This document shows, in pieces, positions 10,263 to 20,725 of a stretch of DNA of 53,115 nucleotides (its first letter is position 1; the number at the start of each line of letters is the position of its first letter). The position numbers were made by a program, and so were the translations under genes. This stretch comes from an uncultured PS1 clade bacterium. Lineage in GTDB: Bacteria; Pseudomonadota; Alphaproteobacteria; MED-G09. Under the pieces are notes generated by a model. It was not told the origin of the DNA, ran no database searches, and worked only from the letters and a program-made list of their open reading frames with translations. The DNA is taken from contig CACANC010000005.1 in the NCBI GenBank assembly GCA_902533755.1, positions 1 to 53,115 of the forward strand, given 5' to 3'.

Positions 10263-11371
10263 CAGTCTTCTCTTGAGCCCATATAAGCCAATTCAGAATG
10301 TTTAGACCAGTTTCTTAATCTTTTTAGATTATCCATAAAAGATAAGTAGATTTCATTTGAAATTGGATCTTTTGTTGCTACATCTTCAAGTACTTCACTA
10401 GACTTTAATTTTAACTCATCCATGATTTCTTTTGAAAAACTCCTCATTTGAACACCATGTTTATTAATTAAAGTATTTAAAGCAATTGAGTTATGATGAT
10501 TAAATTCTGCTAATGTATATGTATTTTCATGAGAGAATACATTCTTAAATATCTCTCTTTGTGTATTTGTTAATGAATTCCAGGTATCAAGATTTACACC
10601 TGTAGCTAAACCAGCTCCTGGTTCATGAAAACCTGGCCAGTAATAGAATTTAGCAACTTGATAAAAGGCAAATGCTAGGTCATTCCATGGCCCCACCCAT
10701 TCAGTTGCATCAATAGCACCTGATTGAAGCGCTGGATAAATTTCACCTCCAGGAATGGCAACTGCAGCTGATCCTACTCTTCTTAGAACTTCACCACCCA
10801 GGCCGGGCATCCTAATTTTTAGACCTTTTAAATCATCTATATTAGTTATTTCTTTATTAAACCATCCCCCCATTTGTACTCCGGTATTAGCGGACTGAAA
10901 TGAAATCACATTAAACTGAGCACTTAGCTTGTTCCAAAGCTCTTTTCCACCTCCATGATCAATCCATGCATTTAATTCATTTGCTGTCATACCAAATGGA
11001 ACTGATGTAAAAAAATTAAAACCTATATTTTTACCTTGAAAGTAATATTCGGCACCATTGTACATGTCAGCAACCCCTATTGAGGCAGCATCTAGAGCTT
11101 CAAAAGCTGGGACTAACTCTCCTGCGGAGTAAACCTTTATCTCAATCTCACCATCAGTTGCTTGATTTATGAGTTTAGCTATTCTTTCAGGTGATGTGCC
11201 TAGGCCAGGAAAATTTTTAGGCCAAGTGTGAGTCATAGTTAATCTTCTAATACCTTTTGAAATTGCAGGTTTTGCTAAAGCACTGGATAACAATATTGAT
11301 GAAGCCCCACCAATTAAAGCATTTCTTCTACTAATTTTAATATTTCTTTTATTTTTTATTTTCTTTTTCAT
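10262..11371 (-). CDS. dctP: TRAP transporter substrate-binding protein (DctP family) with a Tat-type signal
   Basis: N-terminal SRRNALIGGASS twin-arginine signal. Periplasmic binding-protein size and operon context. Confidence 0.85.
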   Translation of the reverse strand: MKKKIKNKRNIKISRRNALIGGASSILLSSALAKPAISKGIRRLTMTHTWPKNFPGLGTSPERIAKLINQATDGEIEIKVYSAGELVPAFEALDAASIGVADMYNGAEYYFQGKNIGFNFFTSVPFGMTANELNAWIDHGGGKELWNKLSAQFNVISFQSANTGVQMGGWFNKEITNIDDLKGLKIRMPGLGGEVLRRVGSAAVAIPGGEIYPALQSGAIDATEWVGPWNDLAFAFYQVAKFYYWPGFHEPGAGLATGVNLDTWNSLTNTQREIFKNVFSHENTYTLAEFNHHNSIALNTLINKHGVQMRSFSKEIMDELKLKSSEVLEDVATKDPISNEIYLSFMDNLKRLRNWSKHSELAYMGSRED

Positions 11372-12089
11372 AGCTTATCCACTCACCATTAATAAGAATT
11401 TCAGAAGATATAAAATCTTTTTTATATTCCATTTCCTTACAGCCGCTTATCCAATAACCCAAGTATATTAATTCTTTGTTATATTTCTCACCAAATGCAA
11501 TATGATCAAGAATCATGAATTTACCTAAAGAATATTTTTTTAAATAAGGACTATAAAAAGAATATACCATTGATAATGCATCATCTAAAAAATCAGTTAT
11601 ACAGGAAGAAATTAGAATATTATCTAATCTATATTCAATAATTTTTGTATCTATGCCAGAATTTTTGATCATTGAATAATAATCAGCAAAAATCATATCA
11701 TTCATTTCGCTATCAGGATGCTTATAATTTAAATATTCTTTAAATAAGTAGAATTGTTCATAAGTAGCTTTTTCCGTAATATTTCTTTGAAAAATTTTTC
11801 CTTTACTTAAAATTCTTTTTTGGTTTTTCTTTGCCTTGAAATTATTAGTTTTTATTCTAATTGGTATACATTTATTACAGCCTTCGCATACTTGATTATA
11901 AAGGATATTTTGACTTCTTCTAAAACCTCTTGATATTAAAAGATTATAAAAATCTTTATCCTTAGATCCCTTAATAAATGTAAATAATTTTCTTTCCTTT
12001 TGATCAGGCTGATAAACACATTCAGTTGAGTCTGAGATATAAAAATCTTCTTTATGAGTATTTTCTAATTTATTCAATTTAGTAACCAA
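11349..12089 (-). CDS. bpt: arginyl/leucyl-tRNA--protein transferase (ATE/Bpt family)
   Basis: The Cys cluster CEGCNKCIPIRI and a C-terminal YLGYWI motif are typical of bacterial ATE-like transferases. Confidence 0.85.
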   Translation of the reverse strand: MVTKLNKLENTHKEDFYISDSTECVYQPDQKERKLFTFIKGSKDKDFYNLLISRGFRRSQNILYNQVCEGCNKCIPIRIKTNNFKAKKNQKRILSKGKIFQRNITEKATYEQFYLFKEYLNYKHPDSEMNDMIFADYYSMIKNSGIDTKIIEYRLDNILISSCITDFLDDALSMVYSFYSPYLKKYSLGKFMILDHIAFGEKYNKELIYLGYWISGCKEMEYKKDFISSEILINGEWISYEKENKK

Positions 12090-13896
12090 AAAAACTAATC
12101 ATAACTGTATAGCTTAACCACATTAATAAAACTAGTGGGATTCCTGAAGTAAGATAATCTTTAAATTGATAATTTCCTGGACCCATAACCAAGAGATTTG
12201 TTTTGTAACCAATGGGTGTAGCAAAAGAGCAATTAGCCGCAAAAATTAAACAATAAATAAATGGTTCAGGTTGAATATTAAAATCACTAGCAAGATTAAT
12301 TGCTATTGGAGCAAATAATACTGCAGTTGCGTTATTACTTAAGAAATTTGTAATTATTGCAATAAAAATAAAAAAGAATGACAATACTGTTATCATATCA
12401 AAGTTTATTAAAAGATTTTTTAAAAAATCGGCAATATAGAGGGCTCCGCCTGTTTCCTGAAGTGCCGTAGATAGCATTATTGATGAAGCAACTAATAAAA
12501 ATATTTTTGTATCGAGAGCAGATACAGCATCCCTTATAGTAAGTACATTTGTTAATAACATTAAAATTACTCCAAGCAATGCTGCTACTGTAATGTTTAA
12601 CAGACCAGTTGCAGCAGATAAAATTGTAACAGCAAAAATGATTCTGGATCGAAGAATAAATTGTTTTGCCGGTAGGTATATAGCTGACCATTCAATTGGA
12701 AAAATTTCTTTTTTCCCTCTTAAATTTTTAATATCCTCTTCCTCACCTTTTATTAATAATATATGTCCTGCTTCCATTTTTTGATATCGAGGTAAATTTC
12801 TTAAGAATTTTTTATCATTTTTAATTCCAATGATTTTACAATTCGTTTCTGCTTCAAAGTTAGTTTGTGTTAGATTTCTTCCAATAAAAAACGATCTTGG
12901 TGTAACTGAGGCTTCGATTAAAACTCCTCTTTCTGATGAAAAATTACTATCGTCTATAGAGTTAAAAATATTATCGTTAGATCTTATTTTTTCAGTTAGT
13001 TGATTTTTTGTAATCTCAAGAACTAACTTATCACCAGTTTTTATTGTAATATCCTCAAATGGAGGTAGGATTTTTTCACCATCTCTTAATATTACATTCA
13101 CTGCTATATCTTTTATGTCAGATAGGATACCAGAGGTAAATTTTTTGCCAATTAAGGGGTTTTCTTCGTTAACTGCAATTTCTACCAAATAAATTCTACC
13201 GCTTTCAAAATTTTCTTTGTTATCTTCAACAACACCTTTGTTCTTTTTTTCAAGTATTCTAGGTAAAATAAAAATTGCATATATAAAACCTACCGAAGCT
13301 AATATTATTCCTTGATTTGTGAACTCAAAAAAACCTAGCTCACGTCCAATCAGATTAGAGGTGGTTCCTGAAACTAGTAAATTTGTGGATGACCCTATTA
13401 ATGTTGTCATACCACCTAATATTGAGACATAGGAAAGCGGAATTAAAATTGATCGTGAAGATACATCCATTTGCTTGCTAATTGCTATTATTATTGGAAT
13501 AAACATTATAATAATAGGCGTATTATTTAATGTTGCGCTTAAAATAAAGACCAAGACCATAATTCCATAAAATTTATAAATTGTATTCTTGTCTCTATCC
13601 CCCGATAACCAAACCGCTATATCTTCAAGAGCGCCCGTAACTAGTAAACCATGTCCAATAACCAATAAACTCATTAAAGCTATTAGTGCTGGATTAGCAA
13701 AACCCTGTAATAATAAATTAATATTTATTGGTCCTCCTGAAGAAAGCCCTAAAATAGGACTGTTTTGAAAGACTAATAAAAGAACAACGATTGAAAATAG
13801 AGAAATTATCTCCATTCTTATTTTATCTAATGAATACAATATCATAGTTAGCAATGTTAATCCAAAAACTATCCACATATAAAATTCTTGTGTCAT
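12079..13896 (-). CDS. SLC13/DASS-family permease with central TrkA-C (RCK_C) domains
   Basis: 605 aa. Hydrophobic N- and C-terminal halves flank a soluble about 200-aa segment resembling two TrkA-C repeats. Confidence 0.8.
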   Translation of the reverse strand: MTQEFYMWIVFGLTLLTMILYSLDKIRMEIISLFSIVVLLLVFQNSPILGLSSGGPININLLLQGFANPALIALMSLLVIGHGLLVTGALEDIAVWLSGDRDKNTIYKFYGIMVLVFILSATLNNTPIIIMFIPIIIAISKQMDVSSRSILIPLSYVSILGGMTTLIGSSTNLLVSGTTSNLIGRELGFFEFTNQGIILASVGFIYAIFILPRILEKKNKGVVEDNKENFESGRIYLVEIAVNEENPLIGKKFTSGILSDIKDIAVNVILRDGEKILPPFEDITIKTGDKLVLEITKNQLTEKIRSNDNIFNSIDDSNFSSERGVLIEASVTPRSFFIGRNLTQTNFEAETNCKIIGIKNDKKFLRNLPRYQKMEAGHILLIKGEEEDIKNLRGKKEIFPIEWSAIYLPAKQFILRSRIIFAVTILSAATGLLNITVAALLGVILMLLTNVLTIRDAVSALDTKIFLLVASSIMLSTALQETGGALYIADFLKNLLINFDMITVLSFFFIFIAIITNFLSNNATAVLFAPIAINLASDFNIQPEPFIYCLIFAANCSFATPIGYKTNLLVMGPGNYQFKDYLTSGIPLVLLMWLSYTVMISFFGY

Positions 13897-14333
13897 TAAG
13901 AAATCTCTCCTAAATCTTTAAAACGAACCTTATAAAGCAAATCATGAATACAGGCTCTTTTGTCATTTAATAAAGGGTAAATAAAGTAAGTTAAAGTAAT
14001 TACTCCAAGAGGAAGAATTGCAAAGAAAAGGAAAGAGTGGATAAAAGCATGTTTTTTTGTGAAATTATCTCCTTTTTTAAGGCATAAATTGAATTTCATT
14101 ATCATCATCCCGTATGTTGCTTGTTTTTTTCCGCCTAAAGTTAAAATAAAATATGATGAAATAACCACAGGAATGATAAAATAATATGAAGTGTAAAATA
14201 AATTAAAAATAAAGAAATTAATTATTTTAATAGACAAAAAAACTAGCAAAGATAGATTTAGTACAATTACTATATCTATTATTGATGCTATAATTCTTCT
14301 AATTAGTTGCCTATCATATCCTGTAGTTTCCAT
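13896..14333 (-). CDS. RDD-family membrane protein
   Basis: RRIIASIIDIVIV at the N-terminus and CIHDLL near the C-terminus, with 3 TM segments. Confidence 0.65.
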   Translation of the reverse strand: METTGYDRQLIRRIIASIIDIVIVLNLSLLVFLSIKIINFFIFNLFYTSYYFIIPVVISSYFILTLGGKKQATYGMMIMKFNLCLKKGDNFTKKHAFIHSFLFFAILPLGVITLTYFIYPLLNDKRACIHDLLYKVRFKDLGEIS

Positions 14334-14407
14334 AGGTATAATTTTAATTAAATTAAAATATAATTAATAGTATAAGTTTTTAATTGATTTTTTATAAGGC
14401 ATTAAAA

Positions 14408-15160
14408 ATGCATATATCTTTTAATAAGAGTAAATTTATGGCTTTTGCTCATCGAGGTGGTACCGAATTTGCACCAGAAAATACTTACGAAGCTTTTTCC
14501 GCTGCTGTAGAAACTGGTTACAAATATCTTGAAACAGATGTTCATCCTAATGCCGATGAAAAGTTAATGGCATTTCATGATCCCACCTTAGATAGAGTAA
14601 CAAATTATACAGGAAAAATTAGAGATTTTACTTCGCAAGAATTAAAAAAAATTAGAGTTAATGATAAATTCCAGATACCTTTTTTAGAAGATCTATTAGA
14701 TTCTTTTTCTCAGAATTATTTTTCAATAGACATGAAGTCAGATGAAAGTGTAAGACCTTTAATAAAATTAGTTAGAAAAATGAATGCTATTGATAGGGTA
14801 TGTTTTGCATCATTTAATCAACAGAGATTGGATTATGTCCGTGAAGAATTTAATAATAAGTGCATTTCATCAATGGGGCCAAAAGAAATAGTAAAAACAA
14901 AATTCTGTTCAATATTTAATATAAAGCATAATGTTTTGCCTTTGATATCCTCACTTCCAATTAAAAGATATAAAATTGAATTGTTAAATAAAAAACATGT
15001 AGATTTTTTAAAATCATTAAATATTAAAGTTATTGCATGGACAATAAATGATGCAAACGAAATTATTAGACTTATAGACCTTGGAGTAGAAGGAATAATG
15101 ACAGACAAAATTTCAGTTTTAAAAGAAATTTTAATTAAAAAAAATCTTTGGCAACATTAA
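14408..15160 (+). CDS. ugpQ: glycerophosphodiester phosphodiesterase family protein
   Basis: FAHRGG...PENT...LETDVH...AFHDPTLDRVTN. The track start at 14384 is TTG; the ATG at 14408 is preferred. Confidence 0.85.
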   Translation: MHISFNKSKFMAFAHRGGTEFAPENTYEAFSAAVETGYKYLETDVHPNADEKLMAFHDPTLDRVTNYTGKIRDFTSQELKKIRVNDKFQIPFLEDLLDSFSQNYFSIDMKSDESVRPLIKLVRKMNAIDRVCFASFNQQRLDYVREEFNNKCISSMGPKEIVKTKFCSIFNIKHNVLPLISSLPIKRYKIELLNKKHVDFLKSLNIKVIAWTINDANEIIRLIDLGVEGIMTDKISVLKEILIKKNLWQH

Positions 15161-15229
15161 AAATATTTGTGTTATTACATAAACCGATATACAAAATATT
15201 GTATTTATTTAGAAAGATTATTCAAAATT

Positions 15230-16540
15230 ATGTCAGAAACAACAAAAACAGCACAATATGAAGATTTTGAAAATTTCTTCTCAAGAAGCTTAAAAGAAGC
15301 TGATCCAAAATTATACGAATCTTTATCTCAGGAATTTGATAGGCAACAAGAGCATATTGAATTAATAGCATCAGAAAATATTGTTTCTAGATCTGTTTTA
15401 GATGCCCAAGGCTCCATTATGACAAATAAATATGCTGAAGGATATTCAGGAAGAAGATATTATGGAGGATGTGAGTATGTTGATCTAGCAGAGGATCTCG
15501 CTATTTCAAGAGCATGTGAATTATTTGATTCAAAATACGCCAATGTCCAACCTCATTCAGGATCTCAAGCTAATCAAGCGGTTTTTCAAGCTCTTCTAAA
15601 GCCTGGAGATACAATTTTAGGTATGAGCTTAGATGCTGGAGGTCATTTAACTCATGGCGCAAAACCCAATCAATCAGGTAAGTTATTTAATGCGATTCAA
15701 TATGGTGTAAAAAAAGAAGACAGCTTAATAGATTTTAATGAATTAGAGTCGCTTGCAAATCAGCATAAACCAAAACTAATTATTGCTGGAGGATCTGCTT
15801 ACCCAAGAGTAATAGATTTTGCAAAATTTAGAGAAATAGCAAATAATATAAATGCTTATTTGTTAGTTGATATGGCTCATTTTGCAGGTCTTGTGGCCTC
15901 CAAAACCTACCCATCACCAATACATTTTGCAGATATTGTTACCACAACCACACATAAAACCTTAAGGGGCCCAAGGGGTGGATTAATTCTCACTAATAAT
16001 GAGGATATTTCTAAAAAAATAAACTCAGCAATTTTTCCTGGAATACAAGGTGGACCACTCATGCATACAATTTTAGCGAAGGCTGTAGCTTTTGGTGAAG
16101 CATTGAGACCAGAATTTGTAAATTATTCACAAAATGTAATAGATAATGCAAAAATATTATCTCAAACACTTCTTGAGGATGGTTTTGATATAGTTTCTGG
16201 AGGTACAGACAGTCACCTTGTTCTTCTAGATCTTAGACCAAAAGGAATAAAAGGTAATGAAGCTGAGGATGCATTAGGAAAAGCAAATATAACTTGTAAT
16301 AAAAACGGTGTTCCGTTTGATCCTGAAAAACCAACTATAACATCTGGCATAAGGCTAGGAACTCCTGCAGGTACAACTAGAGGGTTTGGACAGGCGGAGT
16401 TTCATAAAGTTGGAACTTATATTTGTGAAGTCCTAAATGGATTTCAATCAGATGGTTTTGATACAAAAGCTATTTTAGAAGTTCAGAAAAAAGTAATAGA
16501 TCTTTGCAAAAAATTTCCTATTTATGGGGGAAATTTATGA
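15230..16540 (+). CDS. glyA: serine hydroxymethyltransferase
   Basis: [10 protein letters not shown], the PLP-site [14 protein letters not shown]. The likely start is the ATG at 15230, because the track ORF adds 21 non-homologous residues. Confidence 0.95.
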   Translation: MSETTKTAQYEDFENFFSRSLKEADPKLYESLSQEFDRQQEHIELIASENIVSRSVLDAQGSIMTNKYAEGYSGRRYYGGCEYVDLAEDLAISRACELFDSKYANVQPHSGSQANQAVFQALLKPGDTILGMSLDAGGHLTHGAKPNQSGKLFNAIQYGVKKEDSLIDFNELESLANQHKPKLIIAGGSAYPRVIDFAKFREIANNINAYLLVDMAHFAGLVASKTYPSPIHFADIVTTTTHKTLRGPRGGLILTNNEDISKKINSAIFPGIQGGPLMHTILAKAVAFGEALRPEFVNYSQNVIDNAKILSQTLLEDGFDIVSGGTDSHLVLLDLRPKGIKGNEAEDALGKANITCNKNGVPFDPEKPTITSGIRLGTPAGTTRGFGQAEFHKVGTYICEVLNGFQSDGFDTKAILEVQKKVIDLCKKFPIYGGNL

Positions 16541-17007
16541 GGTGCCCTTTCTGCGGAAATGAAGATACCCAAGTAAGGGATTCTCGTCCGACAGAGGAAG
16601 CATCATCAATTAGACGAAGAAGACAATGCCTTGCATGTGGCGGAAGATTTACAACTTTTGAAAGAATACAGATGAGAGATTTAACTGTTGTTAAAAGATC
16701 AGGAAGAAGAACCCCTTTTGATAGAGATAAATTGATGAGGTCTGTTCAAATTGCCATTAGAAAAAGGGATATAGATCCTGAAAAAATTGAAAGAATGGTA
16801 ACAGGTATTATTCGTCAATTAGAAAGTACTGGCGAGTCAGATATTCCCTCAAACTTGATTGGAAGTTTAATTATGGCAGCACTAAGAGAATTAGATATGG
16901 TTGCATATGTAAGATTTGCTTCAGTTTATAAGAATTTTAGAGCGGTTGGCGATTTTGAAGATTTTGTTGGCGAACTTGATAATCCTCCAAATAAAATTGA
17001 TGATTGA
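16537..17007 (+). CDS. nrdR: transcriptional repressor NrdR
   Basis: MRCPFCG...[12 protein letters not shown] zinc ribbon plus an ATP-cone. ATGA overlap with the glyA stop codon. Confidence 0.95.
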   Translation: MRCPFCGNEDTQVRDSRPTEEASSIRRRRQCLACGGRFTTFERIQMRDLTVVKRSGRRTPFDRDKLMRSVQIAIRKRDIDPEKIERMVTGIIRQLESTGESDIPSNLIGSLIMAALRELDMVAYVRFASVYKNFRAVGDFEDFVGELDNPPNKIDD

Positions 17008-17041
17008 ATTGCTCTGCAATCTATTTTAAGAAATAAATACT

Positions 17042-18148
17042 ATGAAAATAATAAGGGATGATAATTTCTTTATGAATCTAGCTATTAATATAGCTAAGAG
17101 GAATAGGGGAATGACAGGAGTTAACCCTTCAGTGGGATGTGTCGTTGTTTCAAAGGATAAAACTATTATTTCCACTGGAAGTACCGGGACAAATGGATCA
17201 CCTCATGCTGAAAAAGTAGCATTGAATGGTATAAATATTGAAGCTGGTTCAACATTATATACAACGCTAGAGCCATGTTTTCATTCAGGTAAAAACCCTC
17301 CCTGTGTTAATGAAATAATTAAAAGTGGAGTCAAAAGAGTTGTTGTTGCTTCTATAGATAAAAATCCATTAGTTAATGGAAAAGGTATCAAGAAATTAAA
17401 AAATTCTGGAATAACTGTTTTGCAAGGTGTGTTAACAGAGGAAACAGAAGATCTTTATAATGAGTTTTTTAATAGAGTTAGTTATGGTGTTCCAGGAATA
17501 AATATTAAGATAGCAAGTTCGGCTGATGGAAAAACAGCATTAAAAAATGGTAAATCAAAGTGGATAACCAATAATTTATCAAGAAATTATGGTCATAAAT
17601 TAAGATTGTTTAATGATGGCATAATGGTAGGAATAAATACAATTTTAAAAGATAACCCATCATTAACTTGTAGGTTACCAGGACTTAAAAGTTTTTCACC
17701 TTCAAGAATAGTTATGGATACCAATCTTAAAGTTCCAATTAATTCTAAAATTATCAATACAGCAGAAAAAAATGAAACGATTATTTTTACTTCAAAATTT
17801 TCATCTGAAAGAAAAATTAAAATTTTAAAAAATAAAGGAGTTAAAGTGATAAGAATACCAAAAACAAAAAAAGGAATATCACTAAATAGTGCAATAAAAT
17901 TTCTTGGTAAAAAAGAATACAATAGTCTCTTAATTGAGGGAGGAAATAAACTTATAGCCTCTGCAATTACTTCCTCTTATTTGAATAAAATTTTTTGGTT
18001 TTCATCGGAAAAAATTATAGGTGAAGAGGGAAAACCAAGTATTGGTAAACTTAACATTAATAATCTAGACAATAGCCCAAATTTGTTTCTTCAAAATATG
18101 ATTAATTTGGATAATAATTATCTTAAAGTTTATAGGGTAAAAAAATAA
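17042..18148 (+). CDS. ribD: bifunctional riboflavin biosynthesis deaminase/reductase RibD
   Basis: Deaminase motifs HAEKVAL and PCFHSGKNPPC, with a C-terminal reductase domain. Confidence 0.93.
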   Translation: MKIIRDDNFFMNLAINIAKRNRGMTGVNPSVGCVVVSKDKTIISTGSTGTNGSPHAEKVALNGINIEAGSTLYTTLEPCFHSGKNPPCVNEIIKSGVKRVVVASIDKNPLVNGKGIKKLKNSGITVLQGVLTEETEDLYNEFFNRVSYGVPGINIKIASSADGKTALKNGKSKWITNNLSRNYGHKLRLFNDGIMVGINTILKDNPSLTCRLPGLKSFSPSRIVMDTNLKVPINSKIINTAEKNETIIFTSKFSSERKIKILKNKGVKVIRIPKTKKGISLNSAIKFLGKKEYNSLLIEGGNKLIASAITSSYLNKIFWFSSEKIIGEEGKPSIGKLNINNLDNSPNLFLQNMINLDNNYLKVYRVKK

Positions 18149-18747
18149 TGTTTACTGGAATAATTACTGATATAGGGAAAATTATTGATATTAAAGATAA
18201 TGATCATCGATTAATTAAAGTTGCTTGTTCATATGATAGTAAAGAAATTGATATTGGTGCTTCGATATCTTGTTCAGGTGTATGCTTAACTGTTACAAAT
18301 AAAGGGTTTGAGCAAAGTCAAAATTTTTTCGAAGTTGAAGTATCAAAAGAAACTGATGATAAAACAACTACAAAATTTTGGAGAGAGGGAACTAAAATAA
18401 ATTTAGAGAAAAGCTTAAAGGTAGGTGATGAGATAGGAGGACATTTTGTATATGGCCATGTTGATTGTTTAGGTGAGTTATCTGAAATTCATGAAGATAA
18501 AAACAGCAACATATATATAGTAAAGTATCCCAAAAAATTCAGTAAATTTATTGTTAAAAAAGGTTCTGTTTCTCTAGATGGAATTTCATTAACAGTTAAT
18601 CAGGTAAATGATAATGATGAACCAAACTTTTCAGTAAATATTATCCCACATACTAAGGAGTTTACCACATGGTCTGATATTGCTATAAACTCGAAAATTA
18701 ATTTAGAAGTAGACCCCATTGCAAGGTATGTTTTGAAAAGTAAGTAA
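18148..18747 (+). CDS. ribE: riboflavin synthase (alpha chain)
   Basis: MFTGII...GASISCSGVCLTV and a second repeat SVSLDGISLTV. Confidence 0.93.
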   Translation: MFTGIITDIGKIIDIKDNDHRLIKVACSYDSKEIDIGASISCSGVCLTVTNKGFEQSQNFFEVEVSKETDDKTTTKFWREGTKINLEKSLKVGDEIGGHFVYGHVDCLGELSEIHEDKNSNIYIVKYPKKFSKFIVKKGSVSLDGISLTVNQVNDNDEPNFSVNIIPHTKEFTTWSDIAINSKINLEVDPIARYVLKSK

Positions 18748-18748
18748 T

Positions 18749-19849
18749 ATGAAAAATTATCTATCACCTATTGAAGATATTATTGAAGAAGCAAAAACAG
18801 GAAAAATGTTTATTCTTGTTGATGCTGAAGATAGAGAAAATGAGGGTGATTTAGTAATTCCCGCAGTTGATGCTACTCCTGATATGGTTAATTTTATGGC
18901 TAAATATGGCCGAGGCCTTGTCTGCCTTCCTCTTTCAGAGGAAAAAGCGGATCACTTAAATCTTAAGTTAATGTCAGATGATAATAAATCAAGACACAAA
19001 ACACCTTTTACAGTCTCTATTGAGGCTAAAGAAGGCATATCAACTGGTATTTCAGCTAAAGATAGATCAACAACTATACAAACGGCAATTAATCCCCAAG
19101 CTCGAGAAGAAGACATTGTAACTCCTGGTCATATTTTTCCTTTAAAGGCTAAAGATGGAGGTGTTCTTGTTAGAGCCGGACATACAGAAGCGGCAGTAGA
19201 TATTAGTAGGCTAGCCGGAAAAGACCCATCTGCAGTTATATGCGAAATAATGAATGATGATGGAACAATGGCTAGATTACCTGAATTAATCGAGTTTGCA
19301 AAAATTCATGACTTAAAAATTGGTACTATTGCTGACTTAATAAATTACAGAATTAGAAACGACCATATAATTTCAAAAGTTTTAACAAAAGAGATAGATA
19401 TTCCTAAGTTTGGAGCATGGAATTGTTCAGTTTATAAAAATAATATTGATAAATCAGAGCATATTGCTTTTGTAAAAGGCGATATTGCTCAAAGTAAAAT
19501 TACACCTGTAAGAGTCCATGTTGTAAATGTTTTTCAAGATTTAGTGGGTATAGAATCTTCAAGAGAAAACCTTATTAATAAAGGTTTTAAGAAAATTAAT
19601 GATATAGGTTTTGGTGTTTTCATTTTTATAAGAGATACAAATCAAAATGTTATATCTAATAATTTAAAAAAAATTAATAATAATAATCCTTCAAAAGAGA
19701 TTGAATTAAGAGAGTATGGGGTAGGTGCTCAAATTTTATTAGATATAGGGGTAAGAAATATTAAATTAATTTCAGATTCAAAAAGTACTTTATTAAATAT
19801 CGAAGGATATAATTTAGAAATTAATGAAAGAGTACCTTTGGTTGATTAG
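18749..19849 (+). CDS. ribB: 3,4-dihydroxy-2-butanone-4-phosphate synthase with a GTP-cyclohydrolase-II-like C-terminal domain that appears degenerate
   Basis: DHBP synthase motifs DAEDRENEGDLV and RAGHTEAAVD. The C-terminal half aligns in length with RibA, but I cannot find the Cys-x-Cys zinc motif. Confidence 0.88.
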   Translation: MKNYLSPIEDIIEEAKTGKMFILVDAEDRENEGDLVIPAVDATPDMVNFMAKYGRGLVCLPLSEEKADHLNLKLMSDDNKSRHKTPFTVSIEAKEGISTGISAKDRSTTIQTAINPQAREEDIVTPGHIFPLKAKDGGVLVRAGHTEAAVDISRLAGKDPSAVICEIMNDDGTMARLPELIEFAKIHDLKIGTIADLINYRIRNDHIISKVLTKEIDIPKFGAWNCSVYKNNIDKSEHIAFVKGDIAQSKITPVRVHVVNVFQDLVGIESSRENLINKGFKKINDIGFGVFIFIRDTNQNVISNNLKKINNNNPSKEIELREYGVGAQILLDIGVRNIKLISDSKSTLLNIEGYNLEINERVPLVD

Positions 19850-19852
19850 ATA

Positions 19853-20290
19853 ATGACAAAAAAAATATATATAATTAATGCAAATTATTATGAAGAAATA
19901 AGTGATAGATTAGTTAGTGGAGCTAAATTTTTTTTAAATGAAAATGATATTGAACATGAAATAGTTAATGTTCCAGGCGCATTAGAGATCTCAACAGTTA
20001 TTAATTTAATCCACGATAAAATTAATACTGACAATGTTGACATTGGTTTTATTGCTATTGGTTGTGTAATTAAAGGAGAAACATCACATTATGACATAGT
20101 GGTTAATGAATCTGCCTCTGGAATAACTCAATTATCAATTTTAAAGAATATCATAATAACAAACTCAATATTAACTGTTGAGAATAAAAAGCAAGCTTTA
20201 GACAGAAGTCTAAATGATACAACCAATAAAGGATATCATGCCGCGTATGCGTGTAATTTATTAATAGATATTAAGAATGGGAAATTCTAG
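19853..20290 (+). CDS. ribH: 6,7-dimethyl-8-ribityllumazine synthase
   Basis: VPGALEI...IGCVIKGETSHYD. Confidence 0.92.
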   Translation: MTKKIYIINANYYEEISDRLVSGAKFFLNENDIEHEIVNVPGALEISTVINLIHDKINTDNVDIGFIAIGCVIKGETSHYDIVVNESASGITQLSILKNIIITNSILTVENKKQALDRSLNDTTNKGYHAAYACNLLIDIKNGKF

Positions 20291-20717
20291 CAAAAGCTCA
20301 TCAAGATTATTTGCCGTCCAAATTCTCTATGAAATGGAATTAAGCGGAAAATCATTTGAAGTTATTCAAAAACGTTTTTCTGATGATTCTTTTGTAGAGT
20401 TAGAAAAAATAAATAATCAAGGTAAACCAAATAAGAGTTATATAGAAAAACTTGTAAAAGGCGCTTCAAAAAATCAAAAAAAGATTGATGACCTTATTAA
20501 TAAAAATTTAAAAAATTGGAAATTATCTAGAATAGAGTCACTTGTTAGATCTATTTTAAGAATATCTGTATATGAATTAATTCATGAGGAAAATATTCCA
20601 AAAAAAGTAATTTTTAATGAGTACATTGAGATAGCCAAATTATTTTTTGATGGAGATGAGCCGGCTTTAATTAATGCTGTATTAGATGCAGTTTCAAAAA
20701 GGGTAATTAAATTGTAG
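20277..20717 (+). CDS. nusB: transcription antitermination factor NusB
   Basis: SRLFAVQILYEMEL...EYIEIAKLFF...LINAVLD. Confidence 0.9.
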   Translation: MGNSSKSSSRLFAVQILYEMELSGKSFEVIQKRFSDDSFVELEKINNQGKPNKSYIEKLVKGASKNQKKIDDLINKNLKNWKLSRIESLVRSILRISVYELIHEENIPKKVIFNEYIEIAKLFFDGDEPALINAVLDAVSKRVIKL

Positions 20718-20725
20718 ATTTTATC

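Noticed and set aside
15167-15229. N-terminal extensions in the ORF track for glyA, and similarly at 14384, 16504, 31548, 34425, 41732, 48993 and 51196.
   Set aside because: The extended residues are non-homologous, often begin at TTG, and overlap the upstream gene or its stop codon. Internal ATGs with a Shine-Dalgarno-like sequence give canonical N-termini, so the shorter coordinates were reported.
17008-17041. Expected riboswitches: an FMN element upstream of the rib genes and a TPP element upstream of thiL.
   Set aside because: The intergenic spacers are only about 34 nt and 8 nt, too short for these structured RNAs. No conserved riboswitch core could be recognised by eye.
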